The notes below the pieces were generated by a model that worked only from the letters and a program-made list of their open reading frames with translations, was not told the DNA's origin and did no database searches. A DNA stretch of 63,685 nucleotides, filler included, from Chiloscyllium plagiosum (lineage: Eukaryota), in NCBI RefSeq assembly GCF_004010195.1. It is 4 parts of one record of this genome, joined end to end, with 100 filler letters (N's around TTAATTAATTAA, not from the genome) between each part and the next. Parts side by side here need not be neighbours in the genome. Positions count along the whole stretch, not along the records: positions 1 to 24,248 come from NC_057712.1; 3 more parts are not named here. One strand, 5' to 3'. Both the position numbers and the translations under genes were made by a program. This document shows, one piece after another, positions 1 through 12,541 of this stretch; positions within the stretch are counted from its first letter, which is position 1; each line of letters starts with the position of its first letter.

Positions 1-627
1 TGCGAACATCTGCCCCCAATCAGCTTTCGAAAGTTCTTGCCTAATACTGTCAAAATTGGTCTTTCTCCAATTTAGAACTCCAACTTTTAGACCTGGTCTA
101 TCCGTTTCCATCACTATTTTAAAATGAACAGAATTATGGTCACTGGCCCTCACTGACACTTCGGTCACCTGCCCTGCCTTATTTCCCAAGAGTAGGTCAA
201 GTTTTGTACCTTCTCTAGGAGGTACATCCACATACTGAATTAGAAAATTGTCTTGTACACACTTAAGAAATTCCTCTCCATCTAAACCCTTAACACTATG
301 GCAGTCCCAGTCTATGTTTGGAAAGTTAAAATCCCCTACCATAACTGCCCTATTATTCTTACAGATAGCTGAGATCTCCTTACAAGTTTGTTTCTCAATT
401 TCCCTCTGACTATTGGGGGGTCTATAATACAATCCCAATAAGGTGATCATCCCTTTCTTATTTCTCAGTTCCACCGAAATAACTTCCCTAGATGTATTTC
501 CAGGAATATCTTCCCTCAGCGCAGCTGTAATGCTATCCCTTATCAAAAATCCCACTCCCCCTCCTCTCTTGCCTCCCTTTCTGTCCTTCCTGTAGCATTT
601 GTATCCTGGAACATTAAGCTGCCAGTC
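1..627 (-). mobile_element. CR1/HER1-type LINE fragment (ORF2 endonuclease region), 5'-truncated
   Basis: Closely matches 20085-20702 of the long CR1 copy. Minus strand reads APE-like VGDFNFPNIDW and RKDRKGGKRGGGV. Confidence 0.9.
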
Positions 628-859
628 GAGAAAAAATACTGCATGGCCATTCTGAGTACATTCCCAAGCATTCTGCAGTGCTTGGTGATCACAAATAAAT
701 CTAGGAATTGCTGCCAAACCACCTGTTCCCAAGTCAAGTCTAAGCCAGTCAAAACAGGTTGGGTTTTCATGTATTTTCCTTCAATTGGTTATTGCCAAAT
801 CCAATTAACCATTAACAATCCATCCTTATTGACCTCGGTGGAATCAATTAATATTTTGA

Positions 860-1018
860 GGCAAAGATAGATAAATTCTTGTTACTCAATCAAAAGTTAT
901 TGGGGGTTAGTGGGCATATGTTGTTCAAAATGCAAACAGATCAGTTATGATTCTATAGAATGGCAGAGCTGGCTCAAGGGGCTGAATGACCAATTTCTGC
1001 TCCTGTTTCATATGTTTG
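860..1018 (+). mobile_element. Decayed CR1 3' UTR/tail
   Basis: gatcagttatgattctatagaatggcagagctggctcaaggggctgaatgacc matches the CR1 tail at 16110-16190. Confidence 0.65.
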
Positions 1019-1599
1019 ACTGATATTAAGCAAAGGTATATTAACTAACAATCACATCATTTGGCTGAAATGAGTAATTTCCCATCTGGTAGCAAAGTAG
1101 CAGCTCTTATTTATGTTAAAGGATTAAAGCATTTTCAATCAATAAATATAAAGCCAAATCCTAGAAAATCAGGCATTGAAGCAGTTACTTTGGAATTAAG
1201 GATTTGCTTGAAGGAGGTTAAATTGTAAGTATCTTATTTTAATTTAATTAGTTCAGTTGCTGTCAATGCTTACGTTATGTACTGTTCTATGTGAATCAGT
1301 TATGACATGAGATAACACATCCAGAACATAATATTCTTGAGATATCATTTGCTTAAATGAACATTGTGTTTCTTTCTAATGCAATTCTTTTTAGGGGACT
1401 AAAAAATGTTGGGATTCACATTACCTTCTTAAATGAAAGCACAACCCAGTGTAACATTGTAACAAAATGTCCAATGATATGGGTCTGAATTTGTGAAAAT
1501 GCACATTCCAAAATCTTTGTATGGATAAAATGAATGTATGTGAAAGAGCAGATATAGCAGTTCCAGACTCTCTACAATGTTCCTGCAAGTTAAGCACGA

Positions 1600-1922
1600 G
1601 CCTAGTGGTATTATCACGAGAATATTAATCTCATTAATGTTCTGAGGACCCCCTGGGTTCAAATCCCACCGTGATAGATGATAGAATTTGAATTCAATGA
1701 ACAGACTAATGATGACCATTGTCAATTGTTGGGGAAAAAACGCATCTGGTTCACTAATGTCCTTCCAGGAAGGAAATCTGCCATCCTAACCTGGTCTGGC
1801 CTACATGTGACTCCAAATCCACAGCAATGTGATTGACTCTTAACTGCCTTTGGGCAATTAGGGATGACAATAACTGCTGGCCTAACCAGAGTTGCCCACA
1901 CTCTATGAGAGTATTTAAAAAA
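1600..1922 (+). mobile_element. tRNA-derived SINE (family B) sharing its 3' tail with LINE family B
   Basis: B-box-like gggttcaaatccc, body ggttcactaatgtccttccaggaaggaaatctgcc, tail gggcaattagggatgacaataactgctggcc followed by an A-run. Other copies at ~23245-23750, 42010-42120 and 50165-50448. Confidence 0.8.
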
Positions 1923-4130
1923 TAATACAGCATGGAAACACAGTATTTTATCCAGGATAACTGATTAAATATCCTATATTTTATTTCCTTTTAGGTCAGC
2001 TCCAGCCTGCTACTTGTAATTACAGCTCATGACCAGACCTGCCTTCTGAATGTCTTTGTTAGAATTGACTTTGAAAATTGGATTTTTCTCTCCTTTTTGT
2101 TAATTATGATCTGGGAAGTAAATCTCACCAGGCTATCCTGGCAATTATCCCTGCTGATCTTATATTGAAATAAAGTCCTTTAACTAGATTAAATGTGATT
2201 GAATGCTAAAATATTCAAACCAATTTTTATATTGAATAGACACTGGTTCAGACATTCACTTGAGTCCTAATCCACATTTCAGTCTTGTTTTTATATGAAT
2301 AAATTCTTTTAAAAGCTACTATTAATAATATAACAGCTTTGTGAACATTCATACATAGGGATTTTAAATTTTATTAGAGGTATAGAATACAAAAGAAAAT
2401 AAATAACTATAAGCTGATATGAAGCTTTCTTAAGACATCAGTTAGAGGTCTATATGCAGAACTGTGTTACCCACCAAACTTAGGATATTGAAACTTTAAA
2501 GTAGATTCATATAAGGATGCAGTTGATATACTAAATACAGATACAAAAAAAGAAAAACAAATGCTGATGAACTCCCTTATGTTCATTGCACCGACAATGC
2601 GTGGCTAACATTCCTTCCTCACCCAATACCAACAAAGAAAATAATGATTTGTTTGTTAAAATCATCTCATTGTCCTTTGTGTTACCTTGCTATATGCAAC
2701 ATACTTTGCCTACAAATTACAATTCAAAGCATATGCAGTTATTTGAAGCATTTCTGGGAGAGACAAGATGAAATATGAAAGCTTTGAGATCGCAATTCAT
2801 GGAGGTCTGCAACCACAAACAAACAACATGTGGTTCATTGTGACTGTATTGATTCTTTGCCAAAGCAATCTAAAAATTAATCCTACTACCCTGCTGTGTT
2901 CCCGCAGGCCTAAGTCAGAATCAAGTTTGAAACGTGGAAAGAGATATTTATTAATTAAGGCTTCTTGGGAAAATTGATGTTGGCAGTGTCAACTCATCTC
3001 CATTGGAAAGTATCCATAAAGGAAAGAAAACTCAGCATGATGCTTCAGCAACATCCAGTGCATAAATAAAAACTGTGACCAACAAAGCAAGGGTGCAAAT
3101 CACAGGCTATCAAAACTTGTTGATGTTGAGGAAACATTTAAACCATAATAAACCCCAAATAAATCTTTCACTTGAGTGTGGCTCGAAAAAGGCATAATTT
3201 GTCAAAGCTTTTCATTTTGCACTAATCAGGATAATTTGCAAGAAATAGCAAAGTTAATGTCAAACATCATTTGCACTTTTTCTTTTCATTGGCTGCATTT
3301 GCTGACAGCCTGAAGCATGTGCCATAGCAATGAAATCTCTGGGTTAATTTGAAATACCTAACAAACACCTAAAATTGTAAAAGAAAGTGAAAAAAGCATG
3401 TTAGTAAAGAGAAGGGCATTACTGGTTGGGACAATATTTATTTCCTATCTATAATTGCCCTTGAGAAGGTGGTGTTGAGCTTCTCTCTCCTGAATTGATG
3501 CAGTTCTTTTGATATAGGTACAATCATTGTACTGTAAGGGAGGGAGTTTTATAATTGACCATATATTTTAAAGTCATGATAGCAAGTGGCTTAGAAAGGA
3601 ACTTGCAGGTGATGGTGCTCACATGTATCTGTGGCTTTTGTCCTTCTAGATGGTAGAGGTTGTAGGTTTGGAAGGTGCTGTTTAAGAAACTTTGGTGAAT
3701 TTCAACAATACGTCTTGTAGGTGGTACGCACTGCTATTAATGTGTATTGATGGTGGAGGGAGGGAGGTTTTGTGGATGTGGTGCCAATAAAGCTGGCTGT
3801 TTTGTTCTGGATGGTGTGAAGCTTCTGAATGGAGCTGCACTTATACAACCATGTGAGCTGTATTCCATCAAACTCCTTGCAGAAGAGATGGACAGGCTTT
3901 GGGAAGTCAGGAGGTGAATTACTCACTGCAGCATTCCTACCTGTGACTTGCTGTTGTAGCTACAGTATTTATATGGGCAGTCCAGTTCAGTTTCTAATTG
4001 ATAGTGATCTCTAGAATGTTGATCGTGGGAATTCTATCAAGGTAATGCCATTGAACGTCAAGGGGCAGTGGTTAGATTGTATCTTGTTGAAGATGGCCAT
4101 TACCTGCTACATGTGTGGCATGAATTATTA

Positions 4131-4417
4131 GGGGTCATGAGTTCAAGGTGAGTGGGAAAAAGTTTAAGGGAGATATGCATGGAAGGTTCTTTATGCAGAG
4201 GGTGGTGGGTGCCTGGAATGCATTGCCAGTGGAGGTGTTAGAGGCAGGCACAATAGTGTCATTTAAGATGTATCTCGACAGATACATGAAAGGGCAGGGA
4301 GCAGAGGGATACAGATCCTTAGAAAATAGGCAACAGGTTTACACAGAGGATCTGGATTGATGCAGGCTTGGGCGGCCAGAGGGCCTGTTCCTGTGTTGTA
4401 ATTTTCTTTGTTCTTTG
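4131..4417 (+). mobile_element. 5'-truncated CR1 3' end nested in LINE B
   Basis: FFMQRVVGAWNALP...LDRYM motif and (ttctttg)n tail. Flanked by gaattatta / gaatatta, a probable TSD. Confidence 0.9.
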
Positions 4418-4461
4418 AATATTACTTGAAAATTGTCTGCCTCAACCTGAATGTTGCACTC

Positions 4462-5336
4462 CCTCTCCCTTAGGTCTCTTTTATATCTTTTCCCTCTCAC
4501 TCTAAACCTATGCCCTNNNNNNNNNNNNNNNNNNNNNNNNNNNNNNNNNNNNNNNNNNNNNNNNNNNNNNNNNNNNNNNNNNNNNNNNNNNNNNNNNNNN
4601 NNNNNNNNNNNNNNNNNNNNNNNNNNNNNNNNNNNNNNNNNNNNNNNNNNNNNNNNNNNNNNNNNNNNNNNNNNNNNNNNNNNNNNNNNNNNNNNNNNNN
4701 NNNNNNNNNNNNNNNNNNNNNNNNNNNNNNNNNNNNNNNNNNNNNNNNNNNNNNNNNNNNNNNNNNNNNNNNNNNNNNNNNNNNNNNNNNNNNNNNNNNN
4801 NNNNNNNNNNNNNNNNNNNNNNNNNNNNNNNNNNNNNNNNNNNNNNNNNNNNNNNNNNNNNNNNNNNNNNNNNNNNNNNNNNNNNNNNNNNNNNNNNNNN
4901 NNNNNNNNNNNNNNNNNNNNNNNNNNNNNNNNNNNNNNNNNNNNNNNNNNNNNNNNNNNNNNNNNNNNNNNNNNNNNNNNNNNNNNNNNNNNNNNNNNNN
5001 NNNNNNNNNNNNNNNNACCCCAGAGAACATACTTTGTCTATTTACCCTATCCACACCCTTGATGATTTTATAAACCTCTATAGGTCACCCCTGAGCCTGA
5101 CACTCCAGGGAAAACAGCCCCAGCCTATTCAGCCTCTCCTTATAGCTCAAACCCTCAAACATCCTTGTAAATCTTTTCTGAATCCTTTCAAGTTTCACAA
5201 TATCCTTCCTATAGGAGGGAGACCAGAATTGAACACAATATTCTAAAGTGGCCTAACCAATTTCCTATTCAGCAACAACATGGTCTCCAAACTCCTCTAT
5301 ACAATGCTCTGACCAACAAAGGAAAGCATACCAAAT
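4462..5336 (-). mobile_element. CR1/HER1 3' region spanning a 500-N gap
   Basis: Both flanks of the gap are reverse-complement CR1 ORF2 3' sequence (compare 11930-12310). Confidence 0.85.
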
Positions 5337-5769
5337 GAGATGGTGCTCAACATTGAACAGTTATCAGTGAGCAGCCTAACTTCTGTTAGAAGGAAGGTCA
5401 TTGATGAAGCAGCTGAAGGTAGTTTGGCTTAGGACATTGCTGTGAGAAACTCCTGCACAGAATGTCCTGGAACTAAGATGACTGGCCTTGTGCAACCAAA
5501 GCTATCTTCATTTGTGTTAGGTATGACTCCAACCAGCAGATAGACTCCTAATTTCTACTGGGTCTAGTTTTGCTAGAGCTCCAGGATACCACACTTGGTC
5601 AAATGCTGCTTTGATGTCAAAGTCGGTCACTCTCACTTCAGCTCTGGAGTTTAGACTGTGAAGAAAGTTCTGTGATTTTATGTATAAATAAATACAACTT
5701 GTTAAAAGTTTTCATCTTAAAATAATAGCATAAAGATATCAGTCACTTCCACGAAGGGTTTAAAAAATA

Positions 5770-7030
5770 GATTTCAGACACTCCTGGAACAATGAAAATA
5801 TTAGTTGAAAGTATATGTGGAGGTTACAATTCAGTATCATTATTTGGAGTTAGCTTTAAGATTAACTTGGTTAATGGAAAAGTTGTAGTTGCCCTTGGAG
5901 AATAACTTGGGGCTAGTTCAAAAATCTTAACATTATGGAGAGTGGTGGAACAAAACTGTAGAGGTAAAAGAAACTGAAATGCTAATGGAGGATTATCCTG
6001 GACTGTTTCCTGACTGAGGTGACTAGATTTCATGCCCTTTGAATCTTCTTTTTCATTGGTAATTCTATGAAATAGGAAGACAATTTGGAAATTTAGCTAT
6101 GAGATAAAAATTTTAAAAACTTAAGAAAGTAAAGAGAATGTTTGACATGTTTGGCCCATCTTATTTAGTAGAAATACAACAAGACAAATCCTGAATTGAC
6201 AGAGTTATGTCAAACAGTCTACTCAGTAACTGAATCAGAACAAATACATAAATATTATTTTGGAAAGAAAAATTAATAATGAAGAAATGAAGACCAGCTC
6301 AACACCAGCAAATGCATAATGATTAGTCATCCATCAGGTGGTAGTTCCATTGATGTAACAAAATGAAATTTTGTAGCATAAATAAATGTTAAGAGTGGAT
6401 GACGGGATTCCAATGTCAGGTAACTTAGATATTAGGAAAACACAGATAAATTTCAAACATTTTTACTAGCCCTGATTAAATAAAGATGACATTAAATTTT
6501 GCCAGATGTGCAATACATATGAAGTATTGGAGAATTCCAACCACCAACTAGAACCTATGCCTTTAACTCTGATACCATTTTTCAAAGAATCATTTCAGAG
6601 GACTTTAATAGTTGTGTTGGATCGCTCACTTAAACTGGGAACGTGGATTGGTATCTTTTAACTATTATGAATATTTTCATAAGATTTCCTGAACCTGTGT
6701 CTTTAATAGAAATTATTGTAAAAATATAGAAAAGTTAGTTTGATTTTTTTTACTGAAATATGGATTACCAAAGAAATTAATCAGATCAAGGTTCAAATTT
6801 TCTACCACACACATTCTGAGAAATGATGAATAGTTAGGGAATAAAACAATTTAGATCTCCTGCTTATCACTCACAATTTCAAGTGCATTGGAGAGACATC
6901 AGGGAACTTTGAAGAGCATGATTAGGTGTTGTTTTCAAGAGTGTCCAAATTAATGGGGTAAATAAATTCCCTTGTTCCTGTTTATCTTTAGGACAATAAA
7001 TGAGTTCACAGGATTCATCCTTTCAGCTAA
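5770..7030 (+). pseudogene. Decayed Gypsy pol, Gmr1-like order (protease tail followed by zinc-finger and core integrase)
   Basis: Reading across stops and frameshifts: ILVESICGGYNSVSL...LVNGKVVVAL (protease), HQVVVP..IPMSGNLDIRKT..HFY*P*LNKDDIKFCQMC (H2C2), PLTLIPFFKESFQR, YGLPKEI.SDQGSNF, GIKQFRSPAYH..ALERHQGTLKSMIR. Confidence 0.75.
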
Positions 7031-7134
7031 CAGCTAGTACAGCTGGGAAGCTCATCAACGTCATAACTGAGGTATACATTTGAAGAAACTTCGTCTTCAC
7101 TTATATTAATTTCTAATTTAAGACAACAACCCAC

Positions 7135-8168
7135 TACAAGAAAAGCTTAAGTTTGAGCTGGATGACTTGCAATGTAATGGCACTACCCATCATATGCTTC
7201 CCCGCATTTACATATCAGATGCACAGAATAGATTGCCAAACACGAACAAATATGCAGATATTCCATTGGATCTACAAGTATGAGCTCAAATTGAGTTATT
7301 GCATTATGGTCAGCAAAATGCAAATGACTTCAACTGAAAACAACTAATGACCCACAACTAACATTCCCTCTCAACTGCATGGCTGCTTTCAACAGTTCCA
7401 GAAATCGCTACAATCCACAGGCCTTGGACGTCCGCACAGTCGGTAAGAAACTTAGAGGCAACGCTGCCACAACTGAAGACTCTTGTCAAACATCATCGTA
7501 GAGGGATGACCTGACACTCTCAAATGCATTTGGCCTTACAGAGATGAGCTCATTACCTCCAGAGGCATAAAGGAAACAAACACTTGTGCTTAAAGCACTC
7601 CTCCAGGACATACTGTGATACTTTACCAAAAGAATATGGATACAGAGTGGATGAGATAACTGGCATGTGATATGATTTATTGGTCATTTATATGGCCACA
7701 CTGGGAGGTTACTGTGGACGTCCAAGTCATGCAAAAGCCACCAGCCACAGCAACATAGGGACCTTGTCACATAGGGAAAATGGTGAAAGTCACACAATGC
7801 ACATGGGAACATGGTTACATGCAGAGGTATCCAAAGTATGTTAGGATCACAGGTTTCATGAAGTCTGAACAGTCAACAATATAATGCTGAGAAGGAACAG
7901 AAGCCCAGCTAAAGAGAGTGTACAAGCGTACAGCAAACATAATTAGAAAACAACAACGTCGTGGAGTACACTGACAACAAGTAGTCAAGGCAAAACTTGC
8001 ATCTCCACAGGGTCAGACAATGACAAGATCTGGGCGTGTTTCCAAAAACCAAGTTGATGTATGGGCTCAGACGTTCGCACTCCTACATTTTACAATCCCT
8101 ATTTTTTTAGAAGTAGTTTTGCTAATACTCAGAGTTTATGTGTTTTCACTTTTGGAAAAAAGGGAAGG
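7135..8168 (+). pseudogene. Second, unrelated Gypsy pol remnant (integrase region) with polypurine tract
   Basis: IIVEG*PD..FWPYRDEL, DTEWMR*LACDMIYW (RxLARxxVYWP-like), C-terminal TRSGRVSK. PPT ggaaaaaagggaagg at 8154-8168. Confidence 0.65.
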
Positions 8169-8405
8169 TGTATTATTGTTTACAGAGTGATATCTTGTTA
8201 CGATGCCTAAGATGTGGATGAGTCAGCTGCTTCACATTGGCATCACATTGAGCAGAGGCCAAAGTCACTCTGCATTGTAACACCTTAGACGAAGGCTATA
8301 CGTAGAGATTATTTTGAACTGTATGCGTTTAGCTCTAAATAAACCCACCAGAAATCTTGAAATATTCAGAATTCATGTATCTTATTGTGTTACATCTGGA
8401 TAACA
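8169..8405 (+). mobile_element. Candidate 3' LTR of the Gypsy element
   Basis: Begins TGT directly after the PPT, contains AATAAA (~8338), and ends ...ataaca (TG...CA termini). The right boundary is inferred. Confidence 0.55.
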
Positions 8406-8735
8406 CCAAAATATTACTGCAATTGTCATTGTATTGGCCAATTTCTGATTTCATTGATTGCAAATTATTTAAGAGTAGTTGAATAAATTAGAATGGAAGA
8501 TGGGTGCAGCAGGAGCTATTTCTCTTTATATATGCAACAAAACATCAATGAACTATTTGGAGTATGTCCTAAAAGTAACAAGTAGTGATAAGCATTGACA
8601 TACAATTGTCCATTGCAAATTTAAATATTTGGTAGTGCCTCCACAGTTCTTTTAATGCAGACAACCAAGCAAAAATTATTATTATGTCTAAACAATTCAG
8701 AAAGAGAACTTTTTAATGATTTTTTTGCTTTTTTA

Positions 8736-9571
8736 GTTAAATTACAGGGGAAATAAAAAGAATTGAAAAAGTTGTGTTCACATACAATAAGCAATAGAAA
8801 TGGCAAAACTTACGACACAATGCCAGGGATGTCCTCCTCATTCTTGAAGCGACCAGACCAGAGAAGAATCTTTCTGTCAAACTTTGTGGGCCTGTATCCT
8901 GGAACTTTCTGGGTGTCACGAACTTCAAGAAAATTACAAAAAAAAATTCAATGTTTACTGAGTGGACAGAGATGATTCATATACCTGTAGTTCACAGAAT
9001 AATTTTATAAATTTATGTATAATAAATTCTCCTTACTTGTATGGCACTATGAAATTGATTTAGATTCATGAGGAATAGGGTGCACGTTACAGAGGGGTAG
9101 TTTGCTCACTCCCCATGGCAGAAAAATCAATCATTAACAAAGACTGCCCCACAATGATAACATATAAGATGATTGTGGATTCCACTCCCCAGGACAGCAG
9201 CTCGGTGGTTGCTGCAGCATAGGAATTCAGCCATGGCCACAGCTAAGAGAATAAAATATCAGATGAAAGTATTGAGGGTGAATGGGCTTTAGTAAGTTTG
9301 GGTATTGGTCAGGAGGAATCCAGGACTTAAGGGAGGCATTTGGGATGGGTCGAGCTTTACAGGCAATGTGGGGAGGGGGTGGTTATCACAAGAAAATGTA
9401 ATATTCTGATGGGCTGCCCTTAGACAAGTTTGATAGAAAGATTCTTCTCTGGTCTGATTGCTTCAAGAATGAGGAGGACATCCCTGGCATTGTCATAAGA
9501 TTTGCCAGTTCTGTTGCTTATTGAATGTTAACACTTAACTGACTTCAATTTGTTATTCCCTGTAACTTAAC
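8736..9571. repeat. ~150 bp inverted repeat (arms 8736-8885 and 9424-9571, spacer ~540 bp)
   Basis: caatgccagggatgtcctcctcattcttgaagc in arm 1 is the exact reverse complement of gcttcaagaatgaggaggacatccctggcattg in arm 2. Similarity extends along both arms. Confidence 0.92.
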
Positions 9572-11324
9572 CAAGTCACACAGGCAATGTATCCCATCCC
9601 GAAGCCAAGAGATAGCACCCTCATGACTACTTATTCACCTGTATGTTTTCTGCCTTTACCACTCACTTTACCATAATGCAGCTTGAGTATGGAAATTATG
9701 CTTTAGTTAACCTATTTTTATATGTTGTAACACATCTCCAAGGGCAGTCAGGACTCAAACCCACATCTTCTAGAGTCTAGAAAACCCAGCAGAATGTGAT
9801 GTAAGCTGTGTGTGATTTATACATATTTTAGCATCATTTATTTTAGTATTTTGAACTGTTGGCATGTGGGTTTTGTTTGTGTCCATGGGTTTAATGATGA
9901 ACCTCTCAGTATTTCTGCACCCGTGATTTTTTAAAAACCAGAATAAGAAAAAGCGCATACCTGGAGTGATGAGAGGAATCTATTTACATTGTGAGTATTT
10001 TATAATTGGACAGAGTGCACATCAAAAAGCATTAGTTTGTTTTTGGTTTAGAAGAATAAGAATTGAGTTTTTTTTTGCTTGGAACATTTGGTTTTAGTTT
10101 GAAGAAACCCTGGTTGGAGTTAGATGCACAAGCACTGATTTTTTTTTGAACAAAGGAGATAGTTCAGAGCAGTTAAAAATAGTTTACCTCAGTGTAAAGG
10201 TTTTAATTTGACATTCCAGACTAGAAGTATTTGGTCAGAATCCTGAAGTTGCTGTTTGGAGCTGAGAAGTATAAGCTTATTTATGTAAATAATCATAGAG
10301 GAGATCATTCAACTCAAACTGAGAATTGAAAGAACAGATATGTCAACAAATAAAGTTGTGATAGAGAAGGAAACTCTCGATTATTTGACTACTTTAAGAT
10401 GATTTGACTACTTTTAAAATGTTGGGATAAGAGAATCAACCTTGTGGGCTATGTTTATAATTCTTATTTATTGGTTTGTCCTCCTTGGGATTTGTTGAAA
10501 TGGAGGTATGAAAAGGATGTTTTACAGATGGTAATTCTCTAATGGATAAATCAGTCTATGGTGTGGCATGGTCAGCAACCTGAAGGTTATTCTCATTAAT
10601 AACAGCTTAGATTTACTGGATAAATTCAAGACTTTCATTCTCCCAGAAGGGGACTTATTAAAGAAAGTCACAGGCTAATACAATCAATTACGCCTAATCT
10701 GTAGTACACATCTGATGACTGCCTGAAAATGGGATCAATGAACTGTTTATGTGGTGTCTAAGAATCCTCAGTCTGTACTTATGTAGTCTGCAAAGACAAA
10801 AGAAAAAGCTTGGATTTCACTTTAGGAGAGAGCACTTGATTTCTTTTATAGTACATATCCAATCCTATGTAATAATAAGTCTAAAGGAAAGGATCTAAAG
10901 AAGCTTCTTGGGAATTATATATTTAACCATGCTATCGAGTACAACATAAAAGGTGTCCTTTTCTTCAATTCACTTAAAGTTGGAGTTAAAGATTTAAATT
11001 TAATGGGTCAATGGGCATAACTTTTTAAACATGTTTAAAATTAATAGACTATTGGCCTCGAATTTATAATAGATGTTCCTGCTGGCTGAGAACTCTTCAA
11101 AATGTATGGTTCAAAATGACCTGGAATATGCTCATAATTCTTGTACATAGTTTACCAGCATAGAATTACCCACTAAAAATAACACCTAGGTAAAATCCTC
11201 AGCCTTTTATAACTTATATAAGGGACATAACTTCAAACTAACAATGACCAAATCTTGGAGAAAATCAGATTGATATCATTACATTTGGTAATCAAAGATC
11301 CCCATTTAATTTTGGATATCTCTT

Positions 11325-12541
11325 GTGTTTTTTGAAGAAGTGACAAAGAGGATTGATGAGGGCACAGCAGTAGATGTGATCTATATGGACTTCAATAAGG
11401 CGTTCGACAAGGTTCCTCATGACAGACTGGTTAGCAAGGTTAGATCTCATGCAATACAGGGAGAACTAGCCATTTGGATACAGAACTGGCTCAAAGGTAC
11501 AAGACAGAGGGTGGTGGCGGAGGGTTGTTTTTTGGACTGGAGGCCTGTGACCAGTGGAGTGCCACAAGGATTGGTGCTGGGTCCACCACTTTTCATCGTT
11601 TATATAAATAATTTGGATGTGAGCATAGGAGGTATAGTTAGCAAGTTTGCAGATGACACCAAAATTGGAGGTGTAGTGGACAGCGAAGAAGGTTACCTCA
11701 GATTACAACAGGATCTTGATCAGATGGGCCAATGTGCTGAGAAGTGGCAGACGGAGTTCAACTTAAATAAATGCAAGGTACTGCATTTTGGGAAAGCAAA
11801 TCTTAGCAAGACTTATACATTTAATGGTAAGGTCCTCTGGAGTGTTGCTGAACAGAGATCTTGGATGCAGGTTCATAGCTCCTTGAAAATGGAGTCGTAG
11901 GTAGATAGGATAGTGAAGGAGGCGTTTGGTATGCTTTCCTTTATTGGTCAGAGTATTGAGTACAGGAGTTGGGAGGTCTTGTTGTGGCTGTACAGAACAT
12001 TGGTTAGCCCAATTTTGGAATATTGTGTGCAATTCTGGACTCTTTCCTATCGGAAGGATGTTGTGAAACTTGAAAGGGTTCAAAAAGATTTACAGGGTTG
12101 GAGGTTTTGAGCTATAGGGAGACATTGAATAGGTTGGGGCTGTTTTCCCTGGAGTGTCGGAGGCTGAGGGGTGACCTTATAGAGGTTTATAAAATCATGA
12201 GGGCATGGATAGGATAAATAGACAAAGTCTTTTCCCTGGGATGGGGGAAGCCCAGAACTAAAGGGCATTGGTTTAAGGTGAGAGGGGAAAGATATAAAAG
12301 AGACCTATAGGGCAACTTTTTCACGCAGAGTGTGATACATGTATGGAATGAGAAAGTGGTGGAGGCTAGTACGATTGCAACATTTAAAAGGCATCTGAAT
12401 GGGTATATGAATAGGAAGCGTTTGGCGGGATATGGCCAGGTGCTGGCAAATGGGACTAGATTAGGTTTGGGATATCTGGTCGGCATGGACAAGTTGGATC
12501 AAAGGGTCTGTTTCCGTGCTGTACATCTCTAGGACTCTATC
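11325..12541 (+). mobile_element. CR1/HER1 LINE, 5'-truncated RT and 3' UTR
   Basis: ORF 11325-11900 carries YMDFNKAFDKVPH, SGVPQGLVLGP and KFADDTK. Frameshifted downstream. Tail ends catctctaggactctat. Confidence 0.95.

Larger units (their letters stand above)
3410..5655 (-). mobile_element. CR1-group non-LTR retrotransposon (family B), 3' part of ORF2, interrupted by two CR1 insertions
   Basis: Minus ORF 3702-3926 reads KLHTIQNKTASFIG...SLHHQYTLIAVRTTYK (LINE ORF2 C-terminus). The 3' end is the reverse complement of the SINE B tail. The element resumes after 4417 and again at ~5340. Confidence 0.8.

Noticed and set aside
1425..1583. Possible minus-strand exon (ttgcag|...|gtaatg)
   Set aside because: Weak acceptor next to a SINE and an unrecognisable translation; not supportable without RNA data.
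4451..5073. Long ORFs of 185-203 aa
   Set aside because: Made of X residues from a 500-N gap; the flanks are CR1.
9780..11320. Possible LTR or retroviral remnant
   Set aside because: The composition is suggestive, but I could not read any protein motif, PBS or paired LTR.
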